Source: Diplonema japonicum (lineage: Eukaryota > Protista > Euglenozoa: Diplonemea). Taken from it: a stretch of DNA of 64,000 nt. The stretch covers positions 496,001 to 560,000 of the forward strand of contig OZ025659.1 of assembly GCA_964019335.1 (NCBI GenBank), written 5' to 3'. Positions within the stretch are counted from its first letter, which is position 1. Every line of letters begins with the position of its first letter. Below the pieces are notes generated by a model that was not told where the DNA came from, searched no databases, and saw only the letters and a program-made list of their open reading frames with translations. Below, in pieces: positions 12,001-19,340 of this stretch. The position numbers and the translations under genes were made by a program.

Positions 12001-15000
12001 CAGCGTTCATGTGGTGTGTCTTTTTGGCACGACCCTATCCCTGTTGTGGGTGCAGTGGCTGACATTTCGAATATGGTTGCTCCCGGGGAGTGGGCTATGT
12101 GCGTGTCGCTGATGCAGAACTTTACAGCGCACCCCAGCAGACTCGACTTCGTTTTTTCAGGGCATTACTTGAGTCAGGTGAAAGTGACTTCACATAACGG
12201 ACTGCCCTTGCCGAGCGGCATTACTGTAGCGCAAGGCGCAGAGGTGCAGGTCCCATTCGAAGGTGAGATGCTGGCTCCGCAGGGGTTGCAACTGTGGGCG
12301 GGGCTAGTAATGCAGCCGGCCGTAAGTATTAATGGCAACGGCAGTGTTGGTGTCGTGACCCCGAACGCCACAGGGTGTGGCGAAGGCCCTGTGCTCGGTG
12401 TGCCGTTGCAAATCATGTCAGGCACCTCTGGAAAGCTTTTGATCCCCGCTTCTGTAACCTCTACACAAGCTGTGTACAAAACGTGCCTTGCGTTCAACGA
12501 GACTGAGCCCGCTCTGTGGGGTGCCTACTATGCCGACATTACCATTGAGCTCGTTATAGAAGGTGTCAGCATTACGTCCCTTGGTGGTGTCAGCAAGGGA
12601 GGCGTGGTACCTGTGTTCAAAAGCAGCGCTGAAGCAATACAGGTAACTGGAACTGGGCTCGCCACTTCGTCAGTGTACATGAGCCTTCAAAGTGGTGGTG
12701 CTGCGTGTACGGGCTCGTCTCCTATCACTGGTAGTGCCGGACCTATTCAAGTAGTTCCACCGCAAGTTGTTTTCAACCCTGCTATGCAAAGCTCAACTGC
12801 CGGCTTGTTCGCGGCCTGTGTAGGGCTAGATGCTACAAAAGAGTCGTTTGTGTCAGATGTCGGTATTGGTATCAGAGTAATAGACGTAGCCAAGATTGGG
12901 GGTGTGAGTGCTAAGGGCATTATTGTCCTGCTGCAGGGCGGGAGGAGACCTCTGCTCGGGGTGTTGAGCTCCTACCGCCAGCCCTTTTATGTGCAGTGGA
13001 GGGATGGCACTGCGCAATGTACTGAAGCTGATGACATGGCAAAGACGTACCACCCGGAGGCGTCGGTCACGGAGAGCTACCTGATACCGGAAGTGCTAAA
13101 CTACACAGCGACGTACCGACTTTGTGCGTCATTCTCACCTACAACAGGCTTCAGCCACGGCAGCGCCGCTTTCGACTACACCGTGAAAGTAGTCTCCATG
13201 CAATGGCCTGCTGGTGTGCAGGTGTCATACGTGTTGTACGCATCGCCCGCGACCGTCCTCACTATAGCTGCAGCATACAGCCCAGCAGCGCTGTATCTGG
13301 GTGTGTCAGTGACAGGAGACTGCCTCGACACACGCAGTATCTCCCTTGTTGTGGGGAACCGTTGGACTGTGACCAACAGCAGCGTCCCTGTTGATGCCGT
13401 CGGCACCGTGTGTGCCACCTTCGTGCAGCTCGGCACTCAGCTGAGCTACCGACGCGACGCTTTCATAGGTGACGAGGTCCAAGTGTCAGACGACAACGTA
13501 ACATGGCACTACGGCATCGTGCAAGGTGCATGGCAGGGCTTCTCACCCCCCATGCTCCCTGTGTTGGTGGCGTCCATCTCGAACACGCCCTCCACTTGGA
13601 GCATGGTCAGACGGGCCGCGGTTCCTGTACCAGGCTTATTTATACAGACAGTGCGGGTGTCTTCAATAGAGGGTGTCTCTCCTGGGGGTGTTCTAGACTT
13701 GCCGAGGCTCGTTGACCTGGTGGTGACTATAGTCGGTGTTGGGTTCTCTCGTGCAGCGGTGGGGTTTGCAGTGAGCAGAACTTCCTGCGGGTTGGCGACT
13801 GATCTCGTGGTACCCATCACTTATGTGTCGAACACAACGCTCCATGCACACATCACTGGCGATTTGCACACCTCGAAGTTCGAACAGCTGTCTTGTTGTT
13901 TCAACGTGTCAAACACCGCGATGTCCGACGTGGGGGTCACCCTCAACATAGTGCGGTACGTGGCGGGGTACCCCGGGCCCAACGCAGAAGTCACTCTCAC
14001 TGCCGTCACGGCGGGGACCAACAGCAAGAACTTCGCAGCGTCTTTCACAGTATTAGATGCTGTAGGTAACCCTGACGCTTCTTTTGTAGGTGAGGTTGTG
14101 TGGGTCTTCTCTCACGTACAGTATGGCAGGGCAGTTCTGAACACCACGTTCACCACGACAGTAGGTGTGCTTGTGGTGCCTGATGCGCGCAAGCTAAGGC
14201 CAGGTGCTGAATACCGATTGGAGGTGACAGTGGCGTACACCATGTCGCCTGCAGTGCCTGCTGTGTTGGGGATCTCATTTGTGACGCCCGCTCCTCCTAC
14301 AGCATCATTTGGTGTGACGCCCACCACGTCCGTTTATGGGAATCACACGTACCGCTTCGACGCTTGTTCATCAGCGTCGCCCAACGAGCCAATGACATAT
14401 TCGTTCTACTGGCTTCAACCCGACGCATGCGGCTGGTACTGTTTGTCACGCGAGGCCTACTTCGACACTACTGGTGCCGACTATAATGGCGATGTGTCTG
14501 TTGCAGCAAACAGCGAGCTGTGTCTTCCGTGGGATGCTTCATACGACGTAGTGGGTTCCTTTTGTAGGAACCCGAAGGTTCAAGGCCAGGTTGAGAAACA
14601 GCAACCGTGGTGTTTCACATCCTCCGGAAAAAGTGTTTGCAATCTACCGACACCCTGCCCGGGTTGTGTAGCAGTGAGGAATGGATTGGGCATTCACTCA
14701 ACATGCTACATCGATGTGCTGTTAGCGTTGCCGGTTGGGGTTATACAAGTGGGCGTCTGTGTGAAGGATTCGCAGGGGTTGGAGTCCTGCAGCGAAGTGG
14801 AAACAACTGTCACCTTTGATGGCATCACACAGAATGCAACAGAGGGGCTTATCGACTCGCTGTCGGGAGAGTCGCCTGATCAATTGGCCCAGGGGGTGTT
14901 GAACAGTCTCCAAGCCATCAACGGAACGAACTCGAACAGTACTTGGCGGGCCACGCAGAAGCAGCGCCTTGCCTCTGCTTTAGAGCGCATCGACAACACC

Positions 15001-17964
15001 ACCAGCGTACTCGATACCGCCAACGCAGTAGGTGGAATAACCGAAGACCCCAACGAAGTTACTCCAAACACAGCGGTGTCGCTGCTTAATGTCTTAAACA
15101 AGGTCTCGGACACCGGTCTCGAGACTGCCTCCAAGGACACAGTCTCAACTTTCCTTGGAGCGGTTGGGGCAGTCTCTGTCTCCACCAACGGTTTCAGCGG
15201 CAGTCAGCTCGACACAGTCGTGTCCTCACTTGGCAGCACTGTAAAAGGCATTGTGACTGCAGCTGGTGGAACCGCTGTCGGAAGCAACACATACACTTTG
15301 AAGGACCTCACTGTCGAGTATGGAAGACACCCCGTTGGTGGTCTAAACACGTCTACTGTAAGCCTCCCTGGTTCAGTTGCTGCCCAAGGCGATGATGGAG
15401 GCACCCTTACCGTGTCTACCATACAGTGGCAGTCCAACCCATACGCATCCATTGCTGCTCTAAGAGGCCAACGTACTGTCGCTGTTGAGGTGTCCGTAGG
15501 TAGTGGACAGGGTGTGAGTACTTATCAAGAGCCTGTAGTGCTCAACATGCCAAGCCCTGCCCCAGCCACAACAGGCAGAAGGTTGATGCAACTCTCTCCT
15601 GATGCTGTCGTGGCACCGACTGCCAAGTCGAACCTTGTCGATGTTCCTGTCGCGGTGCCTGCTGCACCTGAGTCGGCCACAAGTGAAACCATAATTCGTA
15701 TCTGTGCAGCAGCGTTGATTATGAGCGTGCTGCTATGTGGCTCAGCGGTGTCGTACGCTATGTGGTACCCTCGGGTGACAATGCTGCTGGGACTACTGAC
15801 AGCGATTAGTTTGCTGTTCGTCGTGCTATTCATTGTATTCGCAGAGAACAACGACAACTTTGTGCCTCCCGACAGCAATGGGACTGTGACATACTCGAAA
15901 AAGGTCTATGAAGGGCAAAGTTATAAGTGTGTGCGATGGACAGGTTCATGGGTGTACGAAGGGTGCGAGACTGTCGAAGCGAGCGACGGTGCAATTTCAT
16001 GCAGCTGCAGAATTGCTGGTCCTGTGGCTTTGATGTTGGTAGATGTGTGGGTGCCTCAACAAGACCCTGTGCTGCAGCGGTTGTTTCAACTGGTTTCTAG
16101 TGAGGACCCTACACATGAGATGGCATATTGTATCCTCTTTTTGCTCGGAGCATCCTCTGTTCTTATGATGGTAGGACACGTTGCTGATAGATGGAAGACC
16201 TCTCTTTACGACAAATGGCTGCAAGGTAAGGTGTCGCTTCATGTCTTTGCATGGAATCACACCAGCAAGTTCCTCCGTAGCAGATGGGGCTGGCTGATAG
16301 CAGGGGGTCAATGGCCATGGGTTAACCCCTCTACCCCCTCAGGAGTCCTCGTGACGGCGTCTCAACTCATGGTGGCGCTCAGCATCATCCTTGTCATCGA
16401 CAACACACTGCTGGCTGTTGGTGTCTCAGGTGTAGCCCTTGCATTTACAGGTGTTAGTTTGCACTGCATTTTTGCATCGGTTGCACACTCGCACCACCCG
16501 AGGGCGCCTCCTGCAGATTTTTACCCCGCTGTAGAGAGCGTGCAAGGACAATACCCACCTGTGCCTGATGAAAGGCCACCTGTGCTGCACAAAGAGGATT
16601 GGATGAAGGCAGCAGAAGTTGAGAAAAAGAAGGGAATGTCACATGCTGCATTGGTGTGTGCAGTAGGAGGAATGCTGCACGAGGGGCAGCGTGATGGGTT
16701 GGTAGAGAACGCAGTGAAGTACTGCGGTGGTGTAAACGTCAGGGTGTCTGACGAGCTCTATGTTGAGGATCTGGAGGATGACAACGTTCCTCACCAGCAG
16801 CACGTTCTGTTCCAGCTGGGGTACGGCGACGACGTGTGGCGCTGTGGCATAGCCGCTGTTGAAAAGAAGCAGTTGAAGCTTGCCGCGGCTCTCTTCCGCC
16901 ATGCACTGTCGCTGCACAACCCGGACTACAATTACGTGCTGATGTCTCCTGAGGCGATGCAGCGTATTCCTTGCAATTTCTCGCCGGAGATGGGTCCCCT
17001 CTACACGGTAGTGTACGGGTACTGGTGTGCTGTGCATCGGAAGGGACGCGAAGAGTTCCGCTCTGTGTGGACGGCGTCATACGACGTGCTGAGCGAAGAC
17101 GTGGCGACGGTGACCGGAAGGTCCGCCATCATCTCACACAGGGACAGCGCGGTTGGGGAGTTCGTGAGTGAGACGCCTTTGGGAGGTGTTCACGGCGACC
17201 GCTTCAAGGCGCTGTTCATATGGTGCGTTGAGAAGGAAGGATCTGCAGGATTTGCTGCTGCATCTGCATACGCCTCAACATCTGCAAAACGGCGGAGTGT
17301 GCTGGACACTGTTAAGGCATGGAATAACGCCAATAGAAACCTCCCATTGGCGTCAGCACTGAACAGTGCATACGGGGTCAAACTGCACCCGAGGGAGGCC
17401 CGCTGCTTAGTAGCTGGCGTGAACATGTACCACAGCGACGAGCTTGGTGACAGGGCACCACAAACAGGGAGCTTCATGCACCCCTTGAGAGGATCTTGGT
17501 GGGAGTCTGTGTCACCTGGCGACAGCGTACAACTAGCCCCAGGGAGTTACGAAGTGATGGATCTTCAAGGAATGCACGGCGAAGAGGGAAAGTGGCTCTC
17601 CATAAGAGGTGCTTCCTGCAGTGTTGAGTCTCTTGTACTACGGGACTGCAGTTTTGTAAGCATCACAGATGTGAAATTTCGGAAGGCGCATATCACTGAT
17701 TCATACAAGGTCAATGTGTCTGCTGAGTCAGTTAAGCCTGACTTCCACAAGAAGATCCTCACCACCGGCGACACGCCGCCCAGCCCACGCTGGTTCATGC
17801 TCGGCTACGCTCTCAACGTTGTCGTCCTTCTCTGGGCGGTCCTCTTCTGTTTGGCGTACTCCGTCAACGTTGAGTCGATCCCCCGTTCCTGGGCAGCAGC
17901 TGGCGTCGTTATGGCAGCCGATTTTGTTTTCGTCAATCCGGTTACGTGTTACTTTCTTTACTGA
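3100..17964 (+). CDS. Giant polycystin-1/adhesion-receptor-like surface protein (~4954 aa): Ser/Thr repeat stalk, beta-rich domains, REJ-like module with kringle, GAIN/GPS-like region, several TM helices
   Basis: Single uninterrupted ORF. First ATG at 3100 is followed by a hydrophobic N-terminus. S/T-rich repeats run to ~11260. Kringle motif GADYNGDVS..C.PW..FCRNP..PWCFT..C at ~14440-14658. GPS-like CVRWTGSWVYEGC...CSC at ~15928-16035. Hydrophobic segments at ~15690-15843 (two), ~16120-16175, ~16345-16480 (two) and ~17790-17960 (two). Confidence 0.85.
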   Translation: MCSNHRFLISVLVAKWMVLVASVGTPTPTFSSTLPTVTYSDTESETQSFSSTFSLPSATASSSYTKSATESITLTLPSRSSTVTLPTGTETLTRSLSETASVTVSLPTATETLSLSISLTLPTATLSSSSTVSVSDSITLTLPSLTATETVSSTVTLVTETETSTRSLSETASVTFSLPTATETLSLSASFTLPTATLSSSDTVSLTESITFTLPSFTATETESSTLSLPSSTQTLSVTPSFSYSVSLSLPSSTWSASTTHTFTLPTVTESSSFSFSSTGSVTLTLPTTSQSSSESVSVSLPTFSASLSNSLSSSHTVTFSLPTSTSTVTGTTSLTFPTATASASSSPSGTVSLSSTLPSITATESTSLTVTLLTGTETSTRSLSETVSVTLSLPTATETSSLSTSLTFPTATLSSSSTVSVSDSITLTLPSLTATETVSSTVTLVTETETSTRSLSETASVTFSLPTATETLSLSASFTLPTATLSSSDTASLTESITFTLPSFTSTETESSTLSLPSSTQTLSVTPSFSYSVSLSLPSSTWSASTTHTFTLPTVTESSSFSFSSTGSVTLTLPTTSQSSSESVSVSLPTFSASLSNSLSSSHTVTFSLPTSTSTVTGTTSLTFPTATASTSVSESSTQSVTLSLPSVTHSVTFSVSLSLPTSSVSHSASESVTDSTTVSLPSATNSESASETFTLPTASASVTRSSSISLATSTETVSKTSSITMPTATGSSSVSISLTLMTATISLTLPTLTDSVTATTTPTLSTTATLPTSTVTETLSISLTMPTTSQSASVSITIPTVTLTATMTESLTDSFTLTLPTTSSTTTFSLTLPTVTGTFSLTLPTRSRSSTVSFTLPTNTETSSFTIPTATVTGTTTLSLPTGSGTVTETSSFSLPTETETFTVSLSLPTGTTSETLTLPTSTATSTVSLSLPTSTETVSLSLPTGSETMTQSISLPSSTVSSTLTMPTGTETLSISLSLPTRSVTLTLPTGTATATESLTLLTTTETISFSLPTGTGTFTVSLSLPTGTTSETLTLPTSTATSTVSLSLPTFTRSYTISLPTSTETATLSLTLPTQTESSSITVPTGTETFTVSLSLPTGTTSETLTLPTSTATSTVSLSLPTSTETVSLSLPTGSETVTQSISLPSSTVSSTLTMPTGTGTLSISLSLPTRTFSVSLPTGTSTATESFTLPTATETSSFSLPTGTGTFTVSLSLPTGTASETLTLPTSTVTSTATLSLPTFTESDTMSLPTSTETVTFSKTLPTQTESSSITVPTGTETFTVSLSLPTNTVSETLTLPTSTVTSSVSLSLPTSTETVSLSLPTGSETVTQSISLPSSTESSTLTMPTGTETFSISLSLPTRTVTLTLPTGTATATESLTLPTATETSSFSLPTGTGTFTVSLSLPTGTASETLTLPTSTATSTVSLSLPTSTETVSLSLPTGSATVTQSISLPSSTESSTLTMPTGTETFSMSVSLPTSTATLSLPTASVTATETVTLPTATYSSTVTLPTGTETFTMSFSIPTCTETISFTLPTMTSSETVTLSLPTFTGTVSLSLPTGTETVTHTLSLPSQTESSSLTIATSTATISISLSLPTRTFSVSLPTDTSTATESLTLRTTTETISFSLPTETETFTVSLSLPTSTVSETLTLPTSTATSTVSLSLPTSTETVSVSLPTGSETMTQSISLPSSTESSTLTMPTGTETFSISLSLPTRTVTLTLPTGTATATESLTLPTTTETISFSLPTGTGTFTVSLSLPTGTTSETLTLPTSTATSTVSLSLPTSTETVSLSLPTGSATITRSISLPSSTVSSTLTMPTGTETLSISLSLPTRTVTLTLPTGTATATESLTLPTTTETSSFSLPTGTGTFTVSLSLPTSTASETLTLPTSTATSTVSLSLPTSTETVSLSLPTGSETVTQSISLPSSTESSTLTMPTGTETFSISLSLPTRTVTLTLPTGTATATESLTLPTATETSSFSLPTGTGTFTVSLSLPTGTASETLTLPTSTATSTVSLSLPTFTESFTVSLPTSTETATLSLTLPTQTESSSITVPTGTETFTISLSLPTSTVSETLTLPTSTVTSTISLSLPTSTETLSMSLPTSTETATLSLTLPTQTESSSITLPTGTGTFTISLSLPTSTVSETLTLPTSTVTSTVSLSLPTSTVTLTQTETVTIPTDTETTTLSLSLPTESSSLTLTLPTITETLTTSLSLPTSTFTRTPSTTYTIKTGSFTATLPSATMTLSVSLTLPTSTETLTLPTATRTFTDTFTLPTATSSETVTLPSDTATDSISLSVPTATVTITVPTATETATTSFTLATVTSSETATLPSGTVTDSISLSVPTATVTITVPTATETATTSFTLPTSTASASFSLSLTYTVTLPTGTSSESLSASLPTATESLSLQTGTFTLTGTMSLPTASQTVTVTLPTGTLTSSLSISLPTSTVSATLATDTVTVTKTFSLPTASSTATISLPTSTFTSSISLTLPSPTGSISLPSFTISDSDTLSLSLPTNTDTVTVSVSLLTTTATETVTLPTSTFSSTVSMTVATRTESTTLTIPTATETESASHTMPTATESMSYTIPTGTDTATISLSLRTITASSTITLPTSSATSTVTLSLPTSTATGSQTLPTPTATRSLSFTMPTVTQSFSASLTFPTLTASTTNTLTLPTATVSHSNSLSSTLSMTIPSATESVTFTMQTGTATETQTRTLMTPLLRWFGGIDVNYNKPVGVFNGTQRVTVKGHHFDVQLMAIKVTNAGCSGPGIVAEVNVTTESLGWVVLGEDVYHMIGDNTTVCVGLPPLPYELIAVRLEQVMVQSVNGSSPGTLLPFYARGFVYFDISLSNPNVPIWVGIVGDSQGCTGRPLPGTISTVTANVLTRLVVHPSMHGEGYAMCFHTGADLLDTFSTISPLLEWPLAAANIASLNGQAPYTTVYHTVTALEVLGNDLHHGGTFIHFAPHQRSCGVSFWHDPIPVVGAVADISNMVAPGEWAMCVSLMQNFTAHPSRLDFVFSGHYLSQVKVTSHNGLPLPSGITVAQGAEVQVPFEGEMLAPQGLQLWAGLVMQPAVSINGNGSVGVVTPNATGCGEGPVLGVPLQIMSGTSGKLLIPASVTSTQAVYKTCLAFNETEPALWGAYYADITIELVIEGVSITSLGGVSKGGVVPVFKSSAEAIQVTGTGLATSSVYMSLQSGGAACTGSSPITGSAGPIQVVPPQVVFNPAMQSSTAGLFAACVGLDATKESFVSDVGIGIRVIDVAKIGGVSAKGIIVLLQGGRRPLLGVLSSYRQPFYVQWRDGTAQCTEADDMAKTYHPEASVTESYLIPEVLNYTATYRLCASFSPTTGFSHGSAAFDYTVKVVSMQWPAGVQVSYVLYASPATVLTIAAAYSPAALYLGVSVTGDCLDTRSISLVVGNRWTVTNSSVPVDAVGTVCATFVQLGTQLSYRRDAFIGDEVQVSDDNVTWHYGIVQGAWQGFSPPMLPVLVASISNTPSTWSMVRRAAVPVPGLFIQTVRVSSIEGVSPGGVLDLPRLVDLVVTIVGVGFSRAAVGFAVSRTSCGLATDLVVPITYVSNTTLHAHITGDLHTSKFEQLSCCFNVSNTAMSDVGVTLNIVRYVAGYPGPNAEVTLTAVTAGTNSKNFAASFTVLDAVGNPDASFVGEVVWVFSHVQYGRAVLNTTFTTTVGVLVVPDARKLRPGAEYRLEVTVAYTMSPAVPAVLGISFVTPAPPTASFGVTPTTSVYGNHTYRFDACSSASPNEPMTYSFYWLQPDACGWYCLSREAYFDTTGADYNGDVSVAANSELCLPWDASYDVVGSFCRNPKVQGQVEKQQPWCFTSSGKSVCNLPTPCPGCVAVRNGLGIHSTCYIDVLLALPVGVIQVGVCVKDSQGLESCSEVETTVTFDGITQNATEGLIDSLSGESPDQLAQGVLNSLQAINGTNSNSTWRATQKQRLASALERIDNTTSVLDTANAVGGITEDPNEVTPNTAVSLLNVLNKVSDTGLETASKDTVSTFLGAVGAVSVSTNGFSGSQLDTVVSSLGSTVKGIVTAAGGTAVGSNTYTLKDLTVEYGRHPVGGLNTSTVSLPGSVAAQGDDGGTLTVSTIQWQSNPYASIAALRGQRTVAVEVSVGSGQGVSTYQEPVVLNMPSPAPATTGRRLMQLSPDAVVAPTAKSNLVDVPVAVPAAPESATSETIIRICAAALIMSVLLCGSAVSYAMWYPRVTMLLGLLTAISLLFVVLFIVFAENNDNFVPPDSNGTVTYSKKVYEGQSYKCVRWTGSWVYEGCETVEASDGAISCSCRIAGPVALMLVDVWVPQQDPVLQRLFQLVSSEDPTHEMAYCILFLLGASSVLMMVGHVADRWKTSLYDKWLQGKVSLHVFAWNHTSKFLRSRWGWLIAGGQWPWVNPSTPSGVLVTASQLMVALSIILVIDNTLLAVGVSGVALAFTGVSLHCIFASVAHSHHPRAPPADFYPAVESVQGQYPPVPDERPPVLHKEDWMKAAEVEKKKGMSHAALVCAVGGMLHEGQRDGLVENAVKYCGGVNVRVSDELYVEDLEDDNVPHQQHVLFQLGYGDDVWRCGIAAVEKKQLKLAAALFRHALSLHNPDYNYVLMSPEAMQRIPCNFSPEMGPLYTVVYGYWCAVHRKGREEFRSVWTASYDVLSEDVATVTGRSAIISHRDSAVGEFVSETPLGGVHGDRFKALFIWCVEKEGSAGFAAASAYASTSAKRRSVLDTVKAWNNANRNLPLASALNSAYGVKLHPREARCLVAGVNMYHSDELGDRAPQTGSFMHPLRGSWWESVSPGDSVQLAPGSYEVMDLQGMHGEEGKWLSIRGASCSVESLVLRDCSFVSITDVKFRKAHITDSYKVNVSAESVKPDFHKKILTTGDTPPSPRWFMLGYALNVVVLLWAVLFCLAYSVNVESIPRSWAAAGVVMAADFVFVNPVTCYFLY
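3358..4988 (+). repeat. Intragenic direct duplication (~767 bp, offset 864 bp = 288 codons)
   Basis: 3358-4124 recurs nearly identically at 4222-4988. Anchors ggtacagagac (3361/4225), gaaacagagacatcg (3577/4441) and cccactgcgactgc (4111/4975) are all offset by 864. Confidence 0.9.
5760..9620 (+). repeat. Higher-order coding tandem array of 354-bp (118 aa) and 216-bp (72 aa) modules
   Basis: The equivalent ctcccaac anchor of the TVSLSLPT unit recurs at 5827, 6181, 6397, 6751, 6967, 7321, 8029, 8383, 8737, 9091, 9307 and 9523. Spacings are 354, 216, 354, 216, 354, 708, 354, 354, 354, 216, 216. Confidence 0.9.
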
Positions 17965-18063
17965 ACAGCCTTTCCAGGCACGTCATCGTTCTTAGTCACC
18001 CTTTTCAGTTTTTTTCTTTACAACCAAACAACGTATTCGGTAACGGCTTAGCTAGCACAGGAC

Positions 18064-19257
18064 ATGGATACTATCGAAGATGTCATTTCAGAGAAATGTG
18101 GTGTGCACAAAGAAGCGTTGATCCCTTCTGAGTGCGAGCACACACAGCAAGTGGTCGTGCCGAAGTGGTTAAGAAGTTTGAGGGAAACCGCCACAGGAGC
18201 TGCAAAGCAGGCTGAAGCCATTTATAAGAAAGAGATCCTAAACCAGGAGGTTGAACAGGAAGAAGATTTCGAGAAAGTAAACGAAGCGTGCAAGACGATG
18301 CCAGACATGTGGTGCAGAGAATGTCTGGAGGAGAGAGGCCGTGGGAGCGTAGTAGTACTACCCGGTTGGATACCAATGTGCAGGATTCATGCTGAGAAGC
18401 TTATACTACGTAGTGACCCCTTGAAGGACTACCTGGTAGTGTCTCCTAACGGCGAGCACAGCACTGTATGGTGCATGCGATGCAAGAAGACAGTTTCGTG
18501 GGGAACCCACCTCCCGTCCCTTCAGTACTATCCTCCTAAAGACGACGCGCTGGACAATGACGCTGGGAAATGCATGGCGGTGGCAACCTCCGCAGCGGAG
18601 GCGCTTGGGTGGCATACATTAAGGGGTGATACTATGAAACCTTTCTTAGAAGGGGTCCGTGGGGTATTCCTCCTCCCTACCGGACTCGATCCAAAAGGTG
18701 TGGACTCAGAATGGTCGAGAGAGCTGTACAAGGGTATGCTCACCGAGTTCGGGTGCCTTCCCTCTGCAGCGGTTCTCACTAAAAAGGACGAGTACGACGC
18801 AATCTGCTTGGAAAAGCCATGCGAAGAAGGGAAGTGTCTGTTAGGGTTCCTGCTGACCCCTGATGACGAACCTGAAGAAGGCGAAGAAGCAGTGGATCTA
18901 GCCGACAAGCTACGCAGTATGCAAGCTATCGTTCCTGGAATACAACTCTCTCCTCGTCAAGTGTGGAACTCTGTCGATGAGTTCTGGGTCACTGCCATGG
19001 TGCCCCACCTCCCCGAGGCTGAGGGCGACGTTCCTTCAGAGAATAAAGACAGCTACGCACCGCTAGAGGATGTCAAAATGCACAAAGACATCGACGCTTC
19101 CTCCGAGACAGACGACGAAGAAGAAGCCTCGGGAGAGTCCCCACCCACAAAAGAACAGGCTGGATGGATTCAATTCTTCATGACCGCGTACGCCATGGCT
19201 CTGGGGATCATACAGATCGGAGAGGAGATGGAGATGCAAGAGGAGATTCGCGGGTGA
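18064..19257 (+). CDS. Hypothetical protein with degenerate UBP-type zinc-finger-like N-terminal region
   Basis: 397-aa ORF with CEH...WCRECLE...CRIHA...VWCMRCKKTV, resembling ZnF-UBP ligand spacing; acidic C-terminal region. Confidence 0.7.
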   Translation: MDTIEDVISEKCGVHKEALIPSECEHTQQVVVPKWLRSLRETATGAAKQAEAIYKKEILNQEVEQEEDFEKVNEACKTMPDMWCRECLEERGRGSVVVLPGWIPMCRIHAEKLILRSDPLKDYLVVSPNGEHSTVWCMRCKKTVSWGTHLPSLQYYPPKDDALDNDAGKCMAVATSAAEALGWHTLRGDTMKPFLEGVRGVFLLPTGLDPKGVDSEWSRELYKGMLTEFGCLPSAAVLTKKDEYDAICLEKPCEEGKCLLGFLLTPDDEPEEGEEAVDLADKLRSMQAIVPGIQLSPRQVWNSVDEFWVTAMVPHLPEAEGDVPSENKDSYAPLEDVKMHKDIDASSETDDEEEASGESPPTKEQAGWIQFFMTAYAMALGIIQIGEEMEMQEEIRG

Positions 19258-19340
19258 CAGTTTTCTTTTTGTCCCTTCTTCTTTTTTCCCTTCATCCTCT
19301 CTTTTACTCTCCAAAAAGAAAAGGTGGGAAGAAGAGAACA

